A stretch of 64,000 nucleotides of DNA from Bdellovibrionales bacterium (GTDB lineage Bacteria; Bdellovibrionota; Bdellovibrionia; Bdellovibrionales; JAGQZY01). Location: positions 24,931 to 88,930 of the forward strand of contig JANPLN010000064.1 of the NCBI GenBank assembly GCA_031426555.1, written 5' to 3'. Position numbers and translations under genes: made by a program. Shown here in pieces: positions 47,102 through 56,778 of the stretch; the stretch's first letter is position 1, and every line of letters starts with the position of its first letter. The notes beneath the pieces are model-generated. The model was not told the origin of the DNA and searched no databases. It saw only the letters and a list, made by a program, of their open reading frames with translations.

Positions 47102-49038
47102 AGATTCACATCAGCTACGAAGAACCTGCTCTCCGAGAGCTGCAAAATAGAGGCAGCCTTCTTTACATTGCTTTAGGATCGCTTTTTTCTTTTCTTATTC
47201 TGCGGCTCATTTACTTACAGATGATACAGGGAAGCGCGTTGTATGCCTTCTCCGAGAAAAACCTGCTCAAAGAAATTCGCGTGCAGCCCCCTCGCGGCAT
47301 CATCTACGATCGCAATCATCGCATCATCGCCGAAAACCTACCCAACTTCGCACTCACTCTTTCCCCACAATATATTAAAGACCTTCCTCCTCTCGCCCAC
47401 GAGATCAGTGAAATCGTCGGTATTCCCAAAGAAGAAATCATCAATAAGTTTAAAAAAGACTCACGGATCAACGGCTCCTATCGACCCGTGACGATTAAGA
47501 ACTTTTTGAACAGAACCGAAATCAATCGGTTGGAGTTGTTAAAAATCGATTTTCCAGGAATCGACATCGAAGAATTGATCTTTCGCGAATATCCCTATCG
47601 CGACGCTTTTGCCCACGCTATTGGATATATCAGCGAAATCTCCGACACGGAACTCCCGCGCTTGCGCGAAAAAGGCAATCGCATCGTCCAACAAGGCGAC
47701 GTGATTGGAAAGAGCGGCCTGGAAGATCGTTACGACGATTTTGTTCGCGGCGTGACTGGTATTTCCTATGTGAAAGTGGACGCAAAAGGTCGCGAAGCCC
47801 TTGGAGAGTCCCTTAAGTTTTTAGGGAGTATCGAAGACCTTCCCCCGAAGGCTGGTCAAAATATAGAGACCACTTTGGATCTCGATCTGCAACTGGCCGC
47901 CCAAGAAACTTTTTTGAAACACAAACAAACTGGCGCGCTGGTCGCGATCAACAAACAGGGCGAAGTCTTGGCTCTTTATAATAATCCATCGTTTGATCCC
48001 GGTTTGTTTTCAAAAGGAATCACCAGTGACGTCTGGTCTAAACTTATCAATAATCCCGATAAACCACTGCGCAACAAGGCGATTCAAGATCACCACTCGC
48101 CGGGTTCCACCTTCAAACCGTTTATTGCCTTAACCAGTTTACAGGATGGAAATATCAAAGAAAAAACTCTGGTGAACGCTCCACCCGTCTTTATGTTTGG
48201 AAATCGTCCCTACCACGATCATACAAAAACCGGGCAAGGGTATATCACCGTCACGCAGGCCATCGAAATGTCGAGCAACGTGTTTTTTTACAAACAAGGC
48301 TTGGCAACCGGAGTTGATAAGATTGCGCTTTACACCAAGGCTCTGGGACTGGGCGCGCGCACAGATATCGATCTTAAAAACGAAGTGCCAGGACTGATTC
48401 CCACTTCAGAATGGAAACAAAAAAATCGCGGTGAACCTTGGCAGGAAGGCGAAAACATCAGTATCGCCATCGGACAGGGCTTCGTTTCTGTGACAACATT
48501 GCAGCTCGCAACGGCCTACATGGCCATTGCCAACAGCGGCAAAGTTTATAAGCCCATGGTGGTGAAAAAAATCATGGATACCGAAAACCGCGTGCTGCAA
48601 GAGTTTTCGCCCACACTGGTGAATGACCTTACAGACCCCACAAAACCCTATTATGTTTCGCCTGATAATTTTAAAATTGTGCAGAAGGGATTGTTCCTGG
48701 TGGCAAACGGCGAGCGAGGGACAGCTCGCGGCGCAAAAATTCCAGGATTCACCATCGCTGGAAAAACCGGAACAGCGCAGGTGCGAGGGTTCTCGGCCGA
48801 TCAGGTGTATGCCAACTGTTACAATCGCCCCAAAAAACAACGCCACAACGGACTTTACATCGCTTACGGACCCTTCGAGGACCCCGAAATCACTGTTGCC
48901 GTTTTAACCGAAGGCTCATGCTCCTCCAAAGAGGCTGTGCCCTTGGTTAAAGAGTTTTACGAATCTTATGTTAAAAAATACCATCCTCAGGCCATCACGC
49001 AAAACTCTGAGCCAGATACCAAAAAGGGCAAACAATGA
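47098..49038 (+). CDS. mrdA: Penicillin-binding protein 2 (elongasome transpeptidase)
   Basis: 646 aa. RGIIYDRNHRIIAEN, SPGSTFKP (SxxK), transpeptidase KTGTAQ. Confidence 0.9.
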   Translation: MKIHISYEEPALRELQNRGSLLYIALGSLFSFLILRLIYLQMIQGSALYAFSEKNLLKEIRVQPPRGIIYDRNHRIIAENLPNFALTLSPQYIKDLPPLAHEISEIVGIPKEEIINKFKKDSRINGSYRPVTIKNFLNRTEINRLELLKIDFPGIDIEELIFREYPYRDAFAHAIGYISEISDTELPRLREKGNRIVQQGDVIGKSGLEDRYDDFVRGVTGISYVKVDAKGREALGESLKFLGSIEDLPPKAGQNIETTLDLDLQLAAQETFLKHKQTGALVAINKQGEVLALYNNPSFDPGLFSKGITSDVWSKLINNPDKPLRNKAIQDHHSPGSTFKPFIALTSLQDGNIKEKTLVNAPPVFMFGNRPYHDHTKTGQGYITVTQAIEMSSNVFFYKQGLATGVDKIALYTKALGLGARTDIDLKNEVPGLIPTSEWKQKNRGEPWQEGENISIAIGQGFVSVTTLQLATAYMAIANSGKVYKPMVVKKIMDTENRVLQEFSPTLVNDLTDPTKPYYVSPDNFKIVQKGLFLVANGERGTARGAKIPGFTIAGKTGTAQVRGFSADQVYANCYNRPKKQRHNGLYIAYGPFEDPEITVAVLTEGSCSSKEAVPLVKEFYESYVKKYHPQAITQNSEPDTKKGKQ

Positions 49039-50165
49039 TGAGGCATCCAGGACTTTCTGTCCCTATTGGGCAAAACACGTTCCTCAAGCGCTTTAGCTTT
49101 TACATGATTCTCAGCGTGCTCATGCTGAACGCCATTTCGCTAATTAATCTTTTAAGCGCCACCACCAACATCGCAAAACATCTAAAGGGTATTTTTTATT
49201 CGCAAATCATGTGGATTGCCATCGGTTGGGCTCTTTACTGGCTTCTCACATTTGTGAGTTACCGCTTTTTTGTTCGCTTTGCTTACGTCTTTTATATTGT
49301 AAATATTGGCGCGCTCATCGCCGTGATGTTCATTGGTAAAACCTCCTACGGAGCTCAGCGCTGGATTGATCTTGGTTTTTTTAGTTATCAGCCCTCGGAA
49401 ACAATGAAGCTCGCAATGATTTTAGTTCTTGCAAAGTACCTATCTCGCTTTAACCCGTCGGATGGCATAGGCTTTCGAAATTTATTTGTGCCCATGTTGC
49501 TCGCGGGAATCCCTTTTGCGCTCACAGCCAAACAACCGGATTTGGGAACGGCGCTGTTAATCCTCGCCATTTCAGCTTCGATGATTTTGACCATGCGAGT
49601 TCGTATGCACGTGCTCGTCACTGGTTTGTGCGTGGCTCTGGTGGCAGGCCCGCTAGCCTGGCAGTACGGGTTAAAACCCTATCAAAAGAATCGCGTACTT
49701 ACATTCTTATACCCCAACAAGGATCCTCGGGGTGCTGGCTACAATAGCATCCAAGCAAAAATCGCAGTGGGCAGCGGCCAACTTTGGGGAAAAGGTTTTA
49801 GAAACGGCTCGCAAAGCCAACTAGAGTTCCTCCCTGAAAAACAAACTGATTTTATTTTTTGTGTTCTCAGCGAAGAGTACGGCTTTTTGGGTTGCATCGC
49901 TACCTTAGGAATTTACGCCATCTTGCTCATGGCCATTTTACAATGTGCGATGACGGCGAAAGATCTTTATGGGGCTCTCTTATCCATAGGAGTGTTTTCC
50001 CTCGTCATCTGGCACGTCTTCGTAAATATAGGAATGGTAACAGGTTTGTTACCGATTGTGGGCGTGCCTCTGCCGCTCATCTCCTATGGGGGAACAAGCA
50101 GCATGACCATGATGGTGGGGCTCGGCTGGATCTCCAGCGTCTTTTACCGAAAAGATATGTTTTAA
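49035..50165 (+). CDS. rodA: SEDS glycosyltransferase RodA
   Basis: 376 aa. QPSETMKLAMILVLA, DLGTALL, TDFIFCVLSEEYGFLG, PLPLISYGGTS. Confidence 0.9.
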   Translation: MMRHPGLSVPIGQNTFLKRFSFYMILSVLMLNAISLINLLSATTNIAKHLKGIFYSQIMWIAIGWALYWLLTFVSYRFFVRFAYVFYIVNIGALIAVMFIGKTSYGAQRWIDLGFFSYQPSETMKLAMILVLAKYLSRFNPSDGIGFRNLFVPMLLAGIPFALTAKQPDLGTALLILAISASMILTMRVRMHVLVTGLCVALVAGPLAWQYGLKPYQKNRVLTFLYPNKDPRGAGYNSIQAKIAVGSGQLWGKGFRNGSQSQLEFLPEKQTDFIFCVLSEEYGFLGCIATLGIYAILLMAILQCAMTAKDLYGALLSIGVFSLVIWHVFVNIGMVTGLLPIVGVPLPLISYGGTSSMTMMVGLGWISSVFYRKDMF

Positions 50166-50296
50166 GGTACGGACACACTTTTGGGACTCGTCGCATAATT
50201 AATTTCCAATTTTATTATGCGACGAGTCCCAAAAGGTGTGGCAACGGAGCAAGCTCGGCTTGCGAACGAGCGCCAAAGGCGCCCTTGCCGTACCTT
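50164..50296. other. Composite hairpin element filling the rodA/trxA convergent gap exactly
   Basis: Closing stem 50164-50172 / 50288-50296 (9 bp, overlapping both stop codons). 26-bp hairpin 50174-50199 / 50214-50240 with one bulged G. GC hairpins GCAAGC-TCG-GCTTGC (50249-50263) and GCGCC-AAA-GGCGC (50270-50282). Confidence 0.5.
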
Positions 50297-50622
50297 TAGA
50301 TGTGTTTGGTCAGCATCGCTTTGATGCTGTCTTTGGGATGGTTGCCAACGAGTTGATCGACCATTTTCCCATCCTTAAAAAGCATCAGTGTTGGAACTCC
50401 GCGCACGCTGTAAGTGACCGGTGTTTCCTGATTACTATCGATATCCACTTTGCAAACTTTCATCTTGCTATCAAACTCGAGAGCCAGTTCTTCGAGCTTT
50501 GGCGCTAGGGCCCGGCAAGGTCCACACCACTCTGCCCAAAAGTCCACCAACACGGGAGTACTGGACTTTAGCACGTCAGAATCGAAACTTGCGTCACTTG
50601 AATTCATAATATTTTGGGCCAT
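50296..50622 (-). CDS. trxA: Thioredoxin
   Basis: 108 aa with the WAEWCGPCR active site. Confidence 0.9.
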   Translation of the reverse strand: MAQNIMNSSDASFDSDVLKSSTPVLVDFWAEWCGPCRALAPKLEELALEFDSKMKVCKVDIDSNQETPVTYSVRGVPTLMLFKDGKMVDQLVGNHPKDSIKAMLTKHI

Positions 50623-50720
50623 AGGATCTCCTTAATAATCCCTATTATAATCCATTCGACCAAGGTCTGTCACCTGCCAGAATATTTAAAAGAATTTACT
50701 TATTTAGCCGATATAGGGGC

Positions 50721-52613
50721 ATGGAAAAGAAGTTCAAGGTCCTCGTCGTTGAAGACGACAAAAAATTCGCCGAAACCCTCCTGAGAGTGTTCACTGAAGA
50801 GGGCTACGAATGCTATGTCGCCGAAAAGCCGCAGACGGCACTTTCCTTAATTAAAGTTCACTCCTTTGATGTGGCGTTGATCGATTGCATGCTGCCGCAG
50901 ATGAATGGGATTGATCTTGCGCTTAAGATTAAGGAAGTGGCAGGGGATTCCCTACAACTTTATCTTATGAGTGGAATTTACAAAGATAAAAACTTTTCCG
51001 TCAACGCCATTAAAAAAACAGGTGCCCAGTCGTTTTTGATAAAGCCGTTTAACCTGTCTGATCTGATACAGATGGTGAATGACTCGTTTAAGGAAGTCAC
51101 TCGCGAGCTCAGTCTGAAGAGCAAATCTGTAAAAGGATTATTTCTTCAGGAAAATTTAAGTCAAAATCTGATTCTTGGAATTGTTGGGTACAATCCTATT
51201 ATCAACGGAAACGAACTTCCTTTTATTCTCAATGCGCTGATAACGTATAAGTGCACAGGCTCTTTAAGAATTGGCACTCCTCAGCAGCAAATCGAATTGC
51301 ACCTGCATAACTTTCAAGTCTCTGTGGACAGCGCAAAAATGCCTCCTGGCAAATTTAAATCCGCCATCATGAACAAAGGCTGGGTTCTGCAAGAAGATAT
51401 AGACACTCTACACCCCAGTGACCTCGGCGCGCTCAGATTGCTGCAAATGAACATGATAAGCCCGCATGCATGTATGCAAATCGAAAAAGAAAACACACTG
51501 CAAACCTTGGCACAGTTTTTTGTAAACGATAATATTAATATTAAATACTCTCCGATGCGGGTGGATCCGCGGCGGGTGGTTTTTGAACATTCCGAAATGG
51601 AATCCCATCTCTATCACTGGACAATGAACTCCGACATCCATTGGCTGAAGGCTTTTTACCTGCCGCACATGAATTCGCAAATTCGAAAAATGAATTTGAG
51701 TCAAAATAAGACACAGTTTTTTCCAATTGTTGCTGCCAATAAAAATATTCTACCGATCATGATGAAGAATATTTCGGTGACCGATTATTTTAACGAATCA
51801 AAAGTGGATGACTCCACGGCCACTCAGCTTTTACACACCATGCTGGTCTTTCGAGAATTTTACTTGGGCGATACGCAACTCGAGATCAATTATCAATCTC
51901 ACAAAGAACGTCTTAAAAAATTGCAGGACAGTCTCGAAACTCAGAATGCTTTCGAGCGCTTGGGATTGACCGACCGGGCCAGTGAGCAGGACATTAAAAA
52001 ATCCTATCAAGAAATGTCGCAGAGTATGCATCCTGACAAATTGATCAATGCTCCCCAGGAAGTGAGAACGCTATCACTGATGGTCTACGAAAAGATTCAA
52101 GAAGCCTACAATCAAATCAAAAGCCCGGAAAAACGCGAGCTTTATTTGAAGCGTATTGAACAACAGAAAAAGGAAAACTTACAAAGAGCCGATCTCTTTT
52201 TTGACAAAGCCATCACTTTGCTTTCCCGCGGCGACACCAGCGAAGCCGAAAGAATACTTTCGGACGCTCAAACTTTGGCTCCCTACTCTCCACGCTTGAA
52301 GCTGTTGCAAAGCTGGGCGCATTTAAAAAACAAACAGATTCCTTTGCCACAAATTTCGCGCACCTTAAACAGCCTTCCACCCGAAGAAAAAGAAAGCACT
52401 GTCTACATGTACGTGAAAGGCCTTATGCACATGGCCTCCAACGAAATGGATCGCGCACAGAGCTCGTTTAAAAACACCTTGGCTAAAGATCCTAACTTTA
52501 TGCCCGCGCGCAGAGATATGATGAGTCTTTCGAAACCTGAAAAGAAACCATCGGGAAGCATTCTCAATGCAGACCTTAAAGATGTCGTCGGACTCTTTTT
52601 CCGCAAAAAATAG
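50721..52613 (+). CDS. Response-regulator receiver / DUF4388-like / J-domain (DnaJ) / TPR-like multidomain protein
   Basis: REC: VVEDD, ALIDCMLPQMNG, LMSG, LIKPF. DUF4388-like: GNELPFILNALITYKCTGSLRIG. J domain: AFERLGLTDRASEQDIKKSYQEMSQSMHPDK...AYNQIKSPEKRELY. Helical repeat C-terminus. Confidence 0.7.
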   Translation: MEKKFKVLVVEDDKKFAETLLRVFTEEGYECYVAEKPQTALSLIKVHSFDVALIDCMLPQMNGIDLALKIKEVAGDSLQLYLMSGIYKDKNFSVNAIKKTGAQSFLIKPFNLSDLIQMVNDSFKEVTRELSLKSKSVKGLFLQENLSQNLILGIVGYNPIINGNELPFILNALITYKCTGSLRIGTPQQQIELHLHNFQVSVDSAKMPPGKFKSAIMNKGWVLQEDIDTLHPSDLGALRLLQMNMISPHACMQIEKENTLQTLAQFFVNDNINIKYSPMRVDPRRVVFEHSEMESHLYHWTMNSDIHWLKAFYLPHMNSQIRKMNLSQNKTQFFPIVAANKNILPIMMKNISVTDYFNESKVDDSTATQLLHTMLVFREFYLGDTQLEINYQSHKERLKKLQDSLETQNAFERLGLTDRASEQDIKKSYQEMSQSMHPDKLINAPQEVRTLSLMVYEKIQEAYNQIKSPEKRELYLKRIEQQKKENLQRADLFFDKAITLLSRGDTSEAERILSDAQTLAPYSPRLKLLQSWAHLKNKQIPLPQISRTLNSLPPEEKESTVYMYVKGLMHMASNEMDRAQSSFKNTLAKDPNFMPARRDMMSLSKPEKKPSGSILNADLKDVVGLFFRKK

Positions 52614-52625
52614 TCGCGCTAGCTG

Positions 52626-53267
52626 CTATTTTATCAGCGCCTTCATAAATTTTTTCTTTTTTCCGAGCAAATCAGCGGTGTTTCCCTTGGCTTCTTCTTT
52701 ATGAGAATGTTTGTCGAGATCTTTTGCCGAAAAAACTTTATCTAGCTTGGGAACATTCTTTAAAAAATCTTTATATTTTTCGGCCCGAATGGGATCGCTC
52801 ACCGAGGTCGGAATGGCAATATTTCCTTTAACGCGAATGAATTCTTGCCCCACAGTATTCATACTTCCGCTCATCATGGTGCGATACTTCTGTAAATACT
52901 CCGCTACATCTAATTCAAACAACTGACAAACGTTCTGAATCAAGACATCCGGTTGAATCGGCGTCGAGAGATTCGCATCGATCAGTTGTCTTTGTGCCGT
53001 TTTCAGTTTATCTAAGCGCGACGGAGACCCTACCCAGATAAACTTGGGTGTTCCTCTTTTTTGCCGCACTTGAATAAAATTATTCAAAAACTCATCCTGT
53101 GAACCGAGCACAGAGGTTATGACAAGATCTGGAAAGCTCTTTGCCAACCGTTCGTGCATGTCAGCCCCCTTTTGGATGGAAAGGATGTTAAATCCGAGCT
53201 TTTGCAGAACTGTTCGCGTGAGATTAAACTCTAAATTGTTTTCTAGAATCAAAAGAATATTTCTCAT
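52626..53267 (-). CDS. Receiver-like (degenerate) domain protein
   Basis: REC-like beta-alpha pattern, but LILENN replaces the acidic pair and PDLVITSVL has S where the phospho-accepting D is expected. Confidence 0.3.
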   Translation of the reverse strand: MRNILLILENNLEFNLTRTVLQKLGFNILSIQKGADMHERLAKSFPDLVITSVLGSQDEFLNNFIQVRQKRGTPKFIWVGSPSRLDKLKTAQRQLIDANLSTPIQPDVLIQNVCQLFELDVAEYLQKYRTMMSGSMNTVGQEFIRVKGNIAIPTSVSDPIRAEKYKDFLKNVPKLDKVFSAKDLDKHSHKEEAKGNTADLLGKKKKFMKALIK

Positions 53268-53325
53268 TCTTTTGATTGTGTCATTTGACGCGCCTCGATG
53301 GCAATGATAATCTGTTAAGGCTCAA

Positions 53326-54429
53326 ATGAAAAAAAAGATCACGTTCCTTTATATATTTGGCCAAATTCTCCCTACATTTTTAATAGGCATCGTGGTTTTT
53401 ATTTTTATCATTCTGATGTTCCAGTTTCTAAAACTCACTGAGTTTATTTTGGTGCACAATGTGGCCATAGGCAGCATTTTAGAGCTTCTTATGAATATCT
53501 CCATTGGCTTTTTACCTATTATTTTACCTATGAGTTTGCTCTTTTCAGTGCTTCTCACCTATTCGCGCCTGAGTACCGACTCCGAAATCGTGGCCTTTAA
53601 GGCCCTTGGTTACTCGCCTTACTATCTCGCCTCCCCGGCTATTTTCTTTTCAATTTTTATTTGTTTGATATCCTCGCAAACGTTGTTCGAACTGGGCCCG
53701 CGAGCTCGACTGAAAGTCGATACCCTCCTGGGACGAATTGGAAATCAAAAGATTATCAGCACCATTCAAGAAGGAACGTTCTCCGAAAGCTTTTTTAACC
53801 TGGTTTTGTACACAAACCAGATCGACAAAGAGGAAAAAATTCTGCGTGATCTGTTTATTTACGACAAACGAAACTCCAACAACCCCATTGCTATTGTTGC
53901 AAAAACTGGCGAAATCACCACCACCTCCAACACGACGAACCAGTCCGCGGCCATTGTTCTTAAGCAGGGAAATATCTACAAGCTGGGAGACGCCTCTCAC
54001 ACGAAAGTCAAATTTGATACCTATAGTCTGGTTATCTCTTCTCCCGTGGTGACCCGTAAAAACGAAAAAGACGCGGACTCTTTTACGTTGCAACAAATCT
54101 CAACCTTGCTTTCCGACACGTCATTAAGCCCCGCTCAGCAAATTGAGTTTTCCTCCGAGTATCATGGTCGCTGGGCCATCGCCATGTCGTGTTTGCTTTT
54201 TGGCTTTTTAGGCTCCTCAGTGGGCTCGAGTACAAACCGCCGCTCTAACGCGTCTTCTGGATTTATTTTGAGTGTGATCTGTATTATTTCGTATTGGATA
54301 TTATTTGTGGTCGCTAACACCTTATCTAAAAAAATGTATGCCCCACCCTTCGTGCTGATTTGGGCGCCCAACGTGCTTTTTTCGCTGGTGACGATCTATG
54401 CCTGGCGCCGACACCTCACCAGCTCATAA
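53326..54429 (+). CDS. LptF/LptG (YjgP/YjgQ) family LPS export permease
   Basis: 367 aa. Three TM helices, a periplasmic beta-jellyroll, then three more TM helices. SRLSTDSEIVAFKALGYSP motif. Confidence 0.75.
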   Translation: MKKKITFLYIFGQILPTFLIGIVVFIFIILMFQFLKLTEFILVHNVAIGSILELLMNISIGFLPIILPMSLLFSVLLTYSRLSTDSEIVAFKALGYSPYYLASPAIFFSIFICLISSQTLFELGPRARLKVDTLLGRIGNQKIISTIQEGTFSESFFNLVLYTNQIDKEEKILRDLFIYDKRNSNNPIAIVAKTGEITTTSNTTNQSAAIVLKQGNIYKLGDASHTKVKFDTYSLVISSPVVTRKNEKDADSFTLQQISTLLSDTSLSPAQQIEFSSEYHGRWAIAMSCLLFGFLGSSVGSSTNRRSNASSGFILSVICIISYWILFVVANTLSKKMYAPPFVLIWAPNVLFSLVTIYAWRRHLTSS

Positions 54430-55267
54430 AATCTTGCAGATCTTGGGCGTCACTCACTAGCGTGGCACCCTCGCTGAGCAGTTTTAGATTTCCCGAGGAT
54501 TCGTAGGATCCCGGAAAGTCTGGCACGGTGGCAATGCTCGCCCCCTGCTCGAGAGCATATCGCACTGTGATCATACTTCCGCTCTTGATCGCGCACTGAA
54601 CTACAAGTAAGTGATTGGACAACGCTGATACAAGCCGATTTCTTTTTATAAAATGATGGCGATTCATCTTTTGCCTGGGCAAATACTCGGACAAAAAAAG
54701 CACGTCAGCCTGCCGTGTCCAATGAGCGAGCTCTGCGGGGTAGAGCTCCTCGAAGCCGCAGGGCAAAACAATAACACACTTCTGTCGGTGCCGGAGAGCT
54801 ACTTGGGTGGCTTTTTGATCAATTCCTCGAGCTCCTCCGCTCACAATCAGTTTGTTGTTGCGGGTTAAAAATGCGCCGAGCTCGGCATCCATCCAATGCA
54901 AAAAACAGGGTGCTGCTTGGCGACTCCCAATGATCGAAAGAGCAGGCTCGCTCAGTAACCCCAGATCTCCCCAATAATAAAGACAGGCCGGCGGCACCTG
55001 CAAGCGCGAAAAACAAGCGGGATACTTTGGTTCGCCCCAAACCAGACAACGAGCTGGATCAAAAGATGCAAAATCAGTTCGAAAAATTAATTGCTGCCGC
55101 TCGAAGTCGTCGTCGGTCCATTTTTTTAAGTCGCGCAGTAATTCCCAAGCTTGCGAATGACTTATGTCGCGATTTTGCAGGAAGACCGGGAACGGAATCG
55201 AAAAGAAATTGCAAAGAACTGGCCACTCATAGTTTTGTTGCATGGGTTGCGCCACTGCAAAACTCAA
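54416..55267 (-). CDS. dprA: DNA-processing protein DprA (Smf)
   Basis: IIGSRQAAP...IVSGGARGIDQKATQVAL...LSEY..........RNRLVSALSNHLLVVQCAIKSGSMITVRYALEQG. Confidence 0.8.
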   Translation of the reverse strand: MSFAVAQPMQQNYEWPVLCNFFSIPFPVFLQNRDISHSQAWELLRDLKKWTDDDFERQQLIFRTDFASFDPARCLVWGEPKYPACFSRLQVPPACLYYWGDLGLLSEPALSIIGSRQAAPCFLHWMDAELGAFLTRNNKLIVSGGARGIDQKATQVALRHRQKCVIVLPCGFEELYPAELAHWTRQADVLFLSEYLPRQKMNRHHFIKRNRLVSALSNHLLVVQCAIKSGSMITVRYALEQGASIATVPDFPGSYESSGNLKLLSEGATLVSDAQDLQDFMSW

Positions 55268-55300
55268 ACACCGGTATTCTGAGGCGGTTGATTCAGGTCT

Positions 55301-56497
55301 CTACCAAAAACTAAAACCGGATTTTTTAGGCGTCGATACGGAACTTCGATCCATGGCCGTGCGCGTGTGAACAACCACGGCCGTCGCAAAAGGCGCATTT
55401 GTCGAAACCACTTTCACGACTCCATTGGACGTGAAGAAATCAATTTTTCTGTCAAAGGCGTTTTGAATTTTTAAAACATCACCGATAGTTAAACTTCCAG
55501 TCTCCGATTTTAAAAACACCACATCGCCCGTGTACCAAATCTCTTTGTCTTTGCTCAGAATCGAAATGTCCACTTCCCGCGGAGCCCCTTCAGTGTTCAT
55601 ATTGACGTACGGGGGAATGTGAGTGACCGCCGACGAGCCAGTAAGGATGCCGTCAAACTGACGCAAAACCTCGGCCTCGTAAAGATTTTCGCCGATGTTT
55701 TGAATCACCTTCACGATACCTAAGATGCGAATCCCGTAGCCGCCCTTGAGGTACTCTGGGTTCTCGTCGATGATGCTCAACGTATCACCAGGATTGATTA
55801 TTTTTTCATCGCGCTCGAGGATGATCCGATTGAATTCGCCGGAGACCATGCGTTCACCACCGATGGATTTAACTGTGGCTACAACTTGCGGTTCGGCAGA
55901 AAATATCTCCCGCGTGAGATAGAATTCGTTTTTGTATTTCATTTGCGGTCGAGGAATCACAGAGATCGTTGATTGCTCGTTGAGGTTGAGCAGGGGGCTT
56001 TCGGTAAAAAAATTGGGGGGCTTGCCATAGAACTTACCCGTGGAGCTGACCACGGGATCTGTTTCGAGCATCATGGTAGGATCGGACGTCTGCGCCAGGG
56101 TCTGTTCGAGTCTTTCCACAGACATTGAAGGCGCGTTTTTAAATGTACCCAGCGAAAATATAATCGTATCACCAGGAAAAATCAGATGGGGATTTGTGAT
56201 GCCTTTATTAATCGACCACAGCTTCGACCAGTAATGGCCGTCGCCAAAATAAATTTCGCTGATATCCCAAAGCGTGTCGCCCACATTTACTTTGTACGCT
56301 TGCTCTTGAATGCCTTCGACAATTTTAAACCAATCATCATCTAAAATGGGCTGTTGATAGTGTTCCTCGTAGATGCGGTGCATCCTAGCTTCGAAGGATG
56401 AATCCTGCGCAAACGCAGAAATACTTAGCAATAAAAAAATCAAACCATGCGCGCCAGTTACCAGACTTTTCATGAACACCTTCACTTTGAGCTTCAT
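55301..56497 (-). CDS. Secreted LysM-domain protein
   Basis: Signal peptide. LysM: YKVNVGDTLWDISEIYFGDGHYWSKLWSINKGITNPHLIFPGDTIIF. The rest is unassigned. Confidence 0.6.
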   Translation of the reverse strand: MKLKVKVFMKSLVTGAHGLIFLLLSISAFAQDSSFEARMHRIYEEHYQQPILDDDWFKIVEGIQEQAYKVNVGDTLWDISEIYFGDGHYWSKLWSINKGITNPHLIFPGDTIIFSLGTFKNAPSMSVERLEQTLAQTSDPTMMLETDPVVSSTGKFYGKPPNFFTESPLLNLNEQSTISVIPRPQMKYKNEFYLTREIFSAEPQVVATVKSIGGERMVSGEFNRIILERDEKIINPGDTLSIIDENPEYLKGGYGIRILGIVKVIQNIGENLYEAEVLRQFDGILTGSSAVTHIPPYVNMNTEGAPREVDISILSKDKEIWYTGDVVFLKSETGSLTIGDVLKIQNAFDRKIDFFTSNGVVKVVSTNAPFATAVVVHTRTAMDRSSVSTPKKSGFSFW

Positions 56498-56778
56498 TTT
56501 AGTCTAAAACAGATGTGGAAAAGTGCCATTAATATCGGCAAAAACCCCAACCTAGAGCGGGCATATTGCATTAAAAATATTCATTTATTTGGAGTTTCAG
56601 GACTTATCCACACAAATTGTGGAACTTTGGCGAAATCTTAACATTAAAACCTTGATAATATTGAGCTTAAGCGGATTGCGCAAAAAACACTCATCGCTAA
56701 GCCTATGAATTTTAACGATAATATTGAATTTTCTTCGGTTTTTTATTTCATAATTTAAGTTCTTAAATCGGTCTTCGG

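Noticed and set aside
56604-56626. A perfect DnaA box TTATCCACA (56604-56612) facing a 6/9 box (AGTTCCACA on the other strand, 56618-26) in the 281-bp gap upstream of comEC. Possible origin or DnaA-regulated site.
   Set aside because: A single perfect 9-mer is expected by chance about once every few hundred kb, or roughly 0.5 per 64 kb on both strands. There is no cluster of boxes, no AT-rich unwinding element pattern, and no dnaA/dnaN nearby.
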